IMG/VR virus record: IMGVR_UViG_3300045747_000454
Coordinates: 32,001-96,000 of that record
From: a virus
Strand: one strand, 5' to 3'
Length of the DNA stretch: 64,000 bases
In this document: positions 57,913 to 64,000 of the stretch, in pieces
Layout: every line of letters begins with the position of its first letter
How positions within the stretch are numbered: the stretch's first letter is position 1
The notes under the pieces: generated by a model
What the model was told of the DNA's origin: nothing
Seen by the model: only the letters and a program-made list of their open reading frames with translations
The model's database searches: none
Position numbers and translations under genes: made by a program

Positions 57913-58547
57913 AGCTGCGCGACCTCTTCGAGGACCAACAGACTCTTGAGCAAGCTCTCAAGGACTGCGAGCCATATCTCAATCTGCCTGGCGCTAAGAA
58001 CGGCATGCTGTTTCGTGGCATGCGCAACCTCAGCTTCGACGACTACAATCGTGATATGGCGACTGGCACTCGCTGGTTGAACTTCAAATCTCGGCGTAAT
58101 CGTCTGCCATCTGACACGCCATCTGAGTACGCAACTCTCGCTGACGACGTGTTTCACGAGAAGTTCGATTGGTACCCACGGACCAACGGCACGTTCGTCA
58201 CCGGCAATCTCAAGGATTCTCGTGAGTACGGGATTCCGCACGTCGTCATTCCAATCGGGCCGACGCGCTACGTCTGGTCGCCGAAGGTCAAGGATCTGTT
58301 CCTTTGGCTCACTCAAGGGCTAGGGCTGTACACCGCGATGGCGGAGATGGCAGAGGACGAGCGGCACGCCTTCTTCACAGCCGAGCTCAAGAAAGCCGGC
58401 TACAAGGACACCGATCTTGGAGCTGGCATCCCAAGTGGTCACGAGATCATGCTCAGCTGCGATAGATACATAGCCGTCCGCTGTGATGGCGGCGAGTCTG
58501 GCATCATGGCTGCCGTCTACGAGCTAACCGACATCGAACCGGACTGA
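57909..58547 (+). CDS. Putative ADP-ribosyltransferase-fold internal head protein, paralog 3
   Basis: MKLRDLFE; LFRG...TFVTG...EYG...WSP...HEIM. Confidence 0.6.
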   Translation: MKLRDLFEDQQTLEQALKDCEPYLNLPGAKNGMLFRGMRNLSFDDYNRDMATGTRWLNFKSRRNRLPSDTPSEYATLADDVFHEKFDWYPRTNGTFVTGNLKDSREYGIPHVVIPIGPTRYVWSPKVKDLFLWLTQGLGLYTAMAEMAEDERHAFFTAELKKAGYKDTDLGAGIPSGHEIMLSCDRYIAVRCDGGESGIMAAVYELTDIEPD

Positions 58548-58549
58548 GC

Positions 58550-59200
58550 ATGAAACTACAAGATCTCTTTGAATGGCAAGAAACGCTTGGATCGGCGCTG
58601 AGGTCTAACTGTGGCGCCTATCTCAAGGCGCCAGGCGCTCACGCCGGCTTTCTGTTTCGTGGCATGCGCGCCAATCAGCTCGCACGGTACAACGAGGACA
58701 ATGAAACTGATCTGAAGTGGACCATTCTTCAGACTCGCAAGAATCGCCAGCCGTCGGATACGCCAGACGAGTTTCACGAGCTGGCAAACGAGTTCCTTCT
58801 TCAGAAGTTTGGTTGGAAGCCACGCACTGATGGTGTCTTTGCGACGAGCAGTCACAAGGAGGCTAATGGCTACGGTTTGCAGCACGTCTTCTTTCCAATC
58901 GGTCCTGTCGACTACATCTGGTCGCCGCACGCCCATGATCTGTACGTCAACATCTACCACGACATCCTGGCGCATGGTCCGAACAGCGCGCTTGATGATG
59001 ACGAGCAGCACAAGATCTTTCTGAAGGCGCTTGAGAACGCGGAGTATCAAGACTGGGGTCTGAGCTACGCAATTGAGAAGGGTCATGAGATCATGTTCAA
59101 CTGCGACCGTTATCTCGTTGTTCGCTGTGGTTCCAACGAGAAGGATGAAGTGCTTGAAAAGCTCGCCGAGCTAACTGGGATCGACCATGAAGCTGAGTGA
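58550..59200 (+). CDS. Putative ADP-ribosyltransferase-fold internal head protein, paralog 4
   Basis: MKLQDLFE; LFRG...VFATSS..EANGYG...WSP...HEIM. Confidence 0.6.
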   Translation: MKLQDLFEWQETLGSALRSNCGAYLKAPGAHAGFLFRGMRANQLARYNEDNETDLKWTILQTRKNRQPSDTPDEFHELANEFLLQKFGWKPRTDGVFATSSHKEANGYGLQHVFFPIGPVDYIWSPHAHDLYVNIYHDILAHGPNSALDDDEQHKIFLKALENAEYQDWGLSYAIEKGHEIMFNCDRYLVVRCGSNEKDEVLEKLAELTGIDHEAE

Positions 59201-59786
59201 CCTCTTTGAAGATGACAGCGAATCGCTTGAGGACGCCATCAAGCTCTGTCAACCGTACCTCTCAATGCCTGGCGCCAAGACCGGCTTGCTCTGGCGTGGC
59301 GTCAACACAGAGGACGATCGCTTTCAGCGAGATGAGCAGGACGACGGCACGGTTATCTCGTGGGGCATCTTCAACCGTCGAAACTATCGTCAGCCGAAGT
59401 CAACACCACTCGAGTACTCTGAGGCTATGGACGAGGTCTTCAAGAAGGAGTTTGGTTGGAAGCCTCGTCAGCAGGGCGTCTTCGTCACTGGCTCGCGTGG
59501 GCACGCATCTGGCTACGGCAAGGAGTACGTCTGCGTTCCTATTGGTCCGACGCGCTTCGTGTGGTCTGGCAATGTTGAAGACCTGTTCATCATTTGCCAG
59601 AACTTTCGCGAGCGACAGGGCGACTCCGTTGAGAAGTTCAAGAAGTTCCTCCTGACGCTTGATTACATCGACACTGATCTATCGCGCGCCATCAAGTCGC
59701 ATCACGAGATCATGCTCGACTGCGATAGCTATCTGCTGCTGTACACCAACGATCGTAGCAAGATCAAAACGCTACTAGGCATGTAA
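59187..59786 (+). CDS. Putative ADP-ribosyltransferase-fold internal head protein, paralog 5
   Basis: MKLSDLFE; LWRG...VFVTG...ASGYG...WSG...HEIM. Confidence 0.6.
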   Translation: MKLSDLFEDDSESLEDAIKLCQPYLSMPGAKTGLLWRGVNTEDDRFQRDEQDDGTVISWGIFNRRNYRQPKSTPLEYSEAMDEVFKKEFGWKPRQQGVFVTGSRGHASGYGKEYVCVPIGPTRFVWSGNVEDLFIICQNFRERQGDSVEKFKKFLLTLDYIDTDLSRAIKSHHEIMLDCDSYLLLYTNDRSKIKTLLGM

Positions 59787-60448
59787 TGATTCTACAAGAC
59801 CTCTTCGAAGCAAAGGCGACCATCGCCTCAACCATCGCTCGCTGCAAGCCATACCTCAGCATGCCTGGCGCCAAGACCGGCTTGCTGTATCGTGGCATCG
59901 AGCTGTCGTGGAAGGACTATCGCCACGAGGAGGTGACGCTGCCAAGTGGTGAGGTCATCGCCATTGACTGGACGATTCTGAAGCGTCGAGTCGGTCGTGA
60001 GCCGACCGCAACGCCACACGCGTACGCTTCTGCGGCTGATGACTTCTTCAACGAGAAGTTTGGTTGGCGCTGTCGGTCGGCTGGTACGTTTGCAACTGGG
60101 TACGAGCTTGAGACCGGCATCTACGGCGACACGCACATTTTTCTGCCGATCGGCAAGACCCGCTTCGTGTGGTCAGACTTCGTTCGCGACATGTACGAGC
60201 TGGTGAACAAGATTCGAATGTCGCCAAAATTTAGCAACCTCAATGATGACGAGCGCATGAAGGCTCTCGTCGAAAAGCTTGAGAGCTCTGACTACGTCAG
60301 CAGCGGTCTGGGTGATGCTATTCGTTCGCGCAAGGAGATCATGGTCGACTGCGGCAGCTACATTGCTGTTCTGGTTGACCGAAACAGCACTACCGTGAAC
60401 GATGTGGCAACCCGTAAATACATCAAAGACCTGACTGGCATCTCATGA
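59786..60448 (+). CDS. Putative ADP-ribosyltransferase-fold internal head protein, paralog 6
   Basis: MILQDLFE; LYRG...TFATG...IYG...WSD...KEIM. Confidence 0.6.
   Translation: MILQDLFEAKATIASTIARCKPYLSMPGAKTGLLYRGIELSWKDYRHEEVTLPSGEVIAIDWTILKRRVGREPTATPHAYASAADDFFNEKFGWRCRSAGTFATGYELETGIYGDTHIFLPIGKTRFVWSDFVRDMYELVNKIRMSPKFSNLNDDERMKALVEKLESSDYVSSGLGDAIRSRKEIMVDCGSYIAVLVDRNSTTVNDVATRKYIKDLTGIS
60413..60420 (+). promoter_or_regulatory. Late promoter (CGTAAATA) inside paralog 6
   Basis: TAAATA core 25 nt upstream of paralog 7, which is coupled to gp15. Confidence 0.5.
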
Positions 60449-61125
60449 ACCTACGAGACCTCTTCGAAGTTAAGAAGCCTGCGCTTCATCCATCTGAGCT
60501 CGGCGACCTACTTGCCGCCGATGCTGGGAAGTATCTCAACACTGCTGGCGTGAAGACAAGCTTTCTGTACCGTGGTCTGACCGTCCCGCTTCAGAGCTAC
60601 ACGACCGAGGAGATCGACGGTAGCGAGGTGTCGTGGATCATCATGGACGCACGCCGTGATCGCGAACCCGTGAGCACGCCGAAGGCGTTCTCTAACGCCG
60701 CTGACGCCTACTTCAATCAGCACTTTCGTTGGACGCCACGCCGCGATGGCACCTTCGCCGTCAAGAACCTCAGTCTCGCTCGCGACTACGGCGAGGGTAA
60801 CATCTTCATTCCGCTCGGCGACTTTCGCTTCATCTGGTCTGAGGACATTGCCGACCTCTACATCGCCTACGATGAGATCAAAGAGGACTGGTATGAAGCC
60901 AACCTGTCGAGAGACGAGATGATTGAGAAGTGGGTCGAGTATCTTGACACAGCTGGCTACACCAATCAAGACCTTGGGCGCGCTATTGCATCTGATCATG
61001 AGATCATGTTCGACTGCAATCAGTATCTGCTCGTTCATCTTCCGCTGTCTCGTGGTCCGAACGGTGGCACTGCTGTCGCTAAGGTCATGACCGCCCTCAC
61101 CGGCATCAAGTACGGATACAAATGA
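60445..61125 (+). CDS. Putative ADP-ribosyltransferase-fold internal head protein, paralog 7
   Basis: MNLRDLFE; LYRG...TFAVK...ARDYG...WSE...HEIM. Confidence 0.6.
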   Translation: MNLRDLFEVKKPALHPSELGDLLAADAGKYLNTAGVKTSFLYRGLTVPLQSYTTEEIDGSEVSWIIMDARRDREPVSTPKAFSNAADAYFNQHFRWTPRRDGTFAVKNLSLARDYGEGNIFIPLGDFRFIWSEDIADLYIAYDEIKEDWYEANLSRDEMIEKWVEYLDTAGYTNQDLGRAIASDHEIMFDCNQYLLVHLPLSRGPNGGTAVAKVMTALTGIKYGYK

Positions 61126-61910
61126 TCTCTAACTACCACTTTGACAATCAGCTGCGCGCTTACATGCTGCAGTTCGTCAGCATCTTCTACGGACTGCAGG
61201 TGCAGACTGGCAAGGGCGAGTGCGATGAACCTGAGTTCATTCAAGTGCCAGTCGTCATCGGCAACAAGGACAAGGTCGTTGCTGCCATCATGACTGGCAA
61301 CACCAACAATCGGTCGTTCGCGCTGCCGCTGATGTCTGCTCACCTCGTCTCACTTGCACAGGCGCCAGAGCGCCGCAAGGTGCAGGCGTACGTCGACCAG
61401 CGCGTCACGATGAAGGCTGGTGGTGTGTTCCCAGATGACCTGACGGTTGTCAAGCGCGCCATGCCAATCCCATACAACATGACGCTCGAGCTGTCCATCT
61501 ACGCCTCGAACATGCAGCAGCGCGATCAGATTCTCGAGCAGCTGCTGGTGCTGTTCAACCCAGACCTGCAGATTCAAAAGAGCGATGGACCATTCGACTG
61601 GACGAAGTTGACGAAGGTCGAGCTGACCGACATCAGCAACGAGGAGAATTATCCGACTGGCACTGACAAGCGGATAATCACCTGGACTCTAATGTTCGAG
61701 GTTCCAATCTATCTGAGCATTCCAATGGGCGTCAAGGACGATCTGGTGCGCCGCATCACGATTCGCATCGGCGACCTTGACAGCATGCAGATTGGCGTCG
61801 TTGATGAGAACGGTGAGATTCTGCCGTTCGGCACCGTGCTGACCACGCTTGACATCACGACTCGCGACCCGTCTGGTCCGACACCATTCCCACCGACGCC
61901 ACTGCCATGA
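61122..61910 (+). CDS. Tail sheath stabiliser / tail completion protein (gp15-like)
   Basis: YHFDNQLRAYMLQFVSIF...VPVVIG...PIPYNMTLELSIYASN...QILEQLLVLFNP. Confidence 0.88.
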   Translation: MISNYHFDNQLRAYMLQFVSIFYGLQVQTGKGECDEPEFIQVPVVIGNKDKVVAAIMTGNTNNRSFALPLMSAHLVSLAQAPERRKVQAYVDQRVTMKAGGVFPDDLTVVKRAMPIPYNMTLELSIYASNMQQRDQILEQLLVLFNPDLQIQKSDGPFDWTKLTKVELTDISNEENYPTGTDKRIITWTLMFEVPIYLSIPMGVKDDLVRRITIRIGDLDSMQIGVVDENGEILPFGTVLTTLDITTRDPSGPTPFPPTPLP

Positions 61911-63454
61911 TCACCTTTCGTCAGTATCTAGAAGAGCGCTCGATGAGCGCAACTGAGCTTGAGAAGGTCGCGACTCGGCACGCCAACACTGCGAAGATCG
62001 GCTTCGAGTTCGAGTTCGCCCTGCCGCCTGGACATCGCCTCATCTCCGCCGAGAGCAACGAGATGCGCGACACGGCAACGCTCGACGAGTTCGATGACAT
62101 GGAGGAGCTGCTGCACGCTCTTGGTGCTGCTCGCCGAGACTTCAGCAGCTTCAACAGCGCCTACAACGATTGGAAGGAAGAAGCTCAGAACCTCTGGGTT
62201 GATGAGAACTGGAACGCCTATAACGAGAATGATGAAGATGAGGGGCGCAGCGAAGCGTTGGATTACTACGAACGCAGAGAAGCTGAAGGCATGACCGAGC
62301 TCGAGTTCGTCAAGAGCGAGTATGGCAGTCGCCTTGAGATGCTGGCTCACTTTGGCGTGTCGCCAGACCACGGCTGGAGCGACGAGCGCAACAACGACCG
62401 ATCAGCCTTCTACACCTCGCAAGCATCTGAGGACGATGAGAAGTTCACGCACGAGCTTGTCGCCAAGGAGCTGCACAGCGACCTCGGCGTTGACATCGTT
62501 GTCCCAGCAATTGAACCACACGAACCGTCGACGCAGTGGATGGTGGTGCCAGATGGTTCAATCAGCGGTGGCAGCGGCGTCGAGGTCGTTTCACCACCGT
62601 TGCCGCTGAAGGAAGGTCTTGAGAAGCTTGCTGAGATGTTCGCGTGGATGAAGAGCCAGTACGTCATCACCAACGCGAGCACGGGCTTTCACATCAACGT
62701 CAGCACGCCAAATCTTTCGAACCTCGACCCAGTCAAGCTCATCGTCTTTCTCGGTGAGAAGCACGTGTTGACACAGTTCAATCGGGTGCTGAACACCTAC
62801 ACATCGCAGCAGTCTGAGCGCATCATCAACTCAGTCGGCTCATCAGGCAAAATGCCGAAGGAGGCGCAAGCGCTCATCGACCTGGCAAAGTCGGTGCTGT
62901 CCAATCAGAAGTACTCGTCGGTCAATCTGAGCAAGCTGGCGCACGGCTATCTTGAGTTTCGCATCGTCGGCAACGAGAACTATCACAAGCGCCTGAACGA
63001 GGTTCGCTCAGCCTCGCTGCGCTTCGTCTCAGCGCTTGAGGTCGCCTGCGACCCTGACGCCGAGCGCAAGCTGTACCTGAAGAAGCTGGCAGCGATGATG
63101 GACCTCGGTACGACGCGCGACCACAACGATGACTTCGACAATCGCCCAATCACCGACATTCTCGACATGGCGAGCGAGAACAATCTACCGTATGACCAAA
63201 TGATGGAGATGGCGAAGAAGGGCAACGTCACGGCAGTGCAGCGCGGCAAGGCGGTGAACTTCATCATCAACATTCTGATGGAGCAGCTTCACTCTTCATT
63301 TGTCTCACTCGGCATCAAGCATCCAAGCGCGCGCCACCGTGCTGAGCTGAAGCTGCTGCTGAAGCGCCTTGGAGTGACAACGGATGACCTTCACGCGGTG
63401 GCAGACAGACCTGAAAGTACCCTCAACCTTCGTTGGTTCTTCGCCGAAAAGTGA
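61907..63454 (+). CDS. Putative amidoligase (COOH-NH2 ligase type 2) with capsid-targeting-like N-terminus
   Basis: KIGFEFEF, WMVVPDGSI, GVEVVSPPL, NASTGFHINVS, KYSSVNL, YLEFR; starts MITFRQYLEE. Confidence 0.82.
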   Translation: MITFRQYLEERSMSATELEKVATRHANTAKIGFEFEFALPPGHRLISAESNEMRDTATLDEFDDMEELLHALGAARRDFSSFNSAYNDWKEEAQNLWVDENWNAYNENDEDEGRSEALDYYERREAEGMTELEFVKSEYGSRLEMLAHFGVSPDHGWSDERNNDRSAFYTSQASEDDEKFTHELVAKELHSDLGVDIVVPAIEPHEPSTQWMVVPDGSISGGSGVEVVSPPLPLKEGLEKLAEMFAWMKSQYVITNASTGFHINVSTPNLSNLDPVKLIVFLGEKHVLTQFNRVLNTYTSQQSERIINSVGSSGKMPKEAQALIDLAKSVLSNQKYSSVNLSKLAHGYLEFRIVGNENYHKRLNEVRSASLRFVSALEVACDPDAERKLYLKKLAAMMDLGTTRDHNDDFDNRPITDILDMASENNLPYDQMMEMAKKGNVTAVQRGKAVNFIINILMEQLHSSFVSLGIKHPSARHRAELKLLLKRLGVTTDDLHAVADRPESTLNLRWFFAEK

Positions 63455-63485
63455 GTCGAAAACGATGGCGTGAAATCGTCATCGC

Positions 63486-63493
63486 CATAAATA
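63486..63493 (+). promoter_or_regulatory. Late promoter (CATAAATA)
   Basis: TAAATA core before the sheath gene. Confidence 0.7.
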
Positions 63494-63547
63494 CTCCCAT
63501 GAACAATCAGAACGGTCGTTGACCGTCTACTCAGGAGAAAATCAAAC

Positions 63548-64000
63548 ATGGCAGCTCTCATTTCACCGGGCGTAAGCGTAACGGTCACCGACCAAAGCTT
63601 CTTCTTCCCGACCGCTGCGGCGACAGTCCCGCTCATCTTCCTGGCAACTCGCGCCAACAAGCGTCAGGCTGACGGCGTCTCGACGGCGTCTGGCACGCTT
63701 GAAAGTGGCGTCGTTCGCACCATCACCTCAGTGACGCAGTCGCTGCAGCTGTATGGCGTGCCGTACTTCCACACCGACATCTCTGGTCAGGGTCTGCACG
63801 GCGATGCTCGCAATGAGTACGGTCTGTTCACGCTGAACAACTTCCTCGGCATCGGCAACCGTGCCTTCGTCGTTCGCGCCAACATCGACCTGAATGACCA
63901 GACCGACACCTTCATGTCGCTCGGCACTCCAGTCGCTGAGAACCTTCAGTTCGTTGGTCTCGGCACTGGCACTTGCACTGGCATCAGCGCTGCATCAAGC
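63548..64000 (+). CDS. Tail sheath protein (gp18-like), 5' part only
   Basis: AGGAG RBS; MAALISPGVSVTVTDQS...NEYGL...FLGIGNRAFVVRA. Confidence 0.9.
   Translation, partial: MAALISPGVSVTVTDQSFFFPTAAATVPLIFLATRANKRQADGVSTASGTLESGVVRTITSVTQSLQLYGVPYFHTDISGQGLHGDARNEYGLFTLNNFLGIGNRAFVVRANIDLNDQTDTFMSLGTPVAENLQFVGLGTGTCTGISAASS

Noticed and set aside
56600-61125. CRISPR array, diversity-generating retroelement or DNA tandem repeat underlying the paralog array
   Set aside because: Similarity is mostly at protein level; no regular repeat-spacer pattern, no reverse transcriptase and no adenine-specific repeat pair seen
226-63660. Many 60-350 aa ORFs antisense to or overlapping the main genes (e.g. 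3823-4866, 11314-12234, 32719-33483)
   Set aside because: Shadow ORFs expected from GC-rich biased codon use; no RBS, promoter or recognisable motifs
1-64000. Genome-wide TAG reassignment (genetic code 15) as the explanation for the tape measure amber codon
   Set aside because: Other long genes are intact under the standard code, and TAG appears to act as a real stop for the gp13-like gene (53809-53811) and the membrane protein (51680-51682)

Overview
This window is part of a large, GC-rich (roughly 55-60% by eye) T4-like myovirus genome and covers most of the virion morphogenesis region. The minus strand from 1 to 30.2 kb carries fibre/decoration and giant baseplate genes (gp7-like, gp6, gp25, gp5/VgrG-like, hub, gp53-like, gp48/54-like). 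Next come a gp55-like late sigma factor, gp47/gp46 (Mre11/Rad50-like), a Holliday junction resolvase, a gp26/gp51-like chaperone pair, tape measure, portal, prohead protease, scaffold and major capsid protein. An accessory block follows (two acyl carrier proteins, MazG-like pyrophosphatase, DenV-like glycosylase, DEDDh exonuclease), then neck gp13/gp14, gp15 and the start of the tail sheath. T4-type late promoters (core TAAATA) precede the structural genes, and three free-standing homing endonucleases are present. Main observations: (1) seven tandem paralogous ~200-225 aa proteins with an ADP-ribosyltransferase-like R/S-T/E signature, each starting with a T4-like capsid-targeting peptide, plus an amidoligase with the same peptide, suggesting a virion-packaged, injected protein-modification set; (2) an in-frame TAG at codon 25 of the tape measure gene, sitting in a perfect 12-bp hairpin, suggesting programmed readthrough or bypassing (a sequence error is not excluded); (3) a -1 frameshift signal (T TTT TTC, 6-nt spacer, hairpin) joining the gp26- and gp51-like ORFs; (4) recoded gene ends next to homing endonucleases. 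All functional calls come from motif recognition and synteny; no searches were run.
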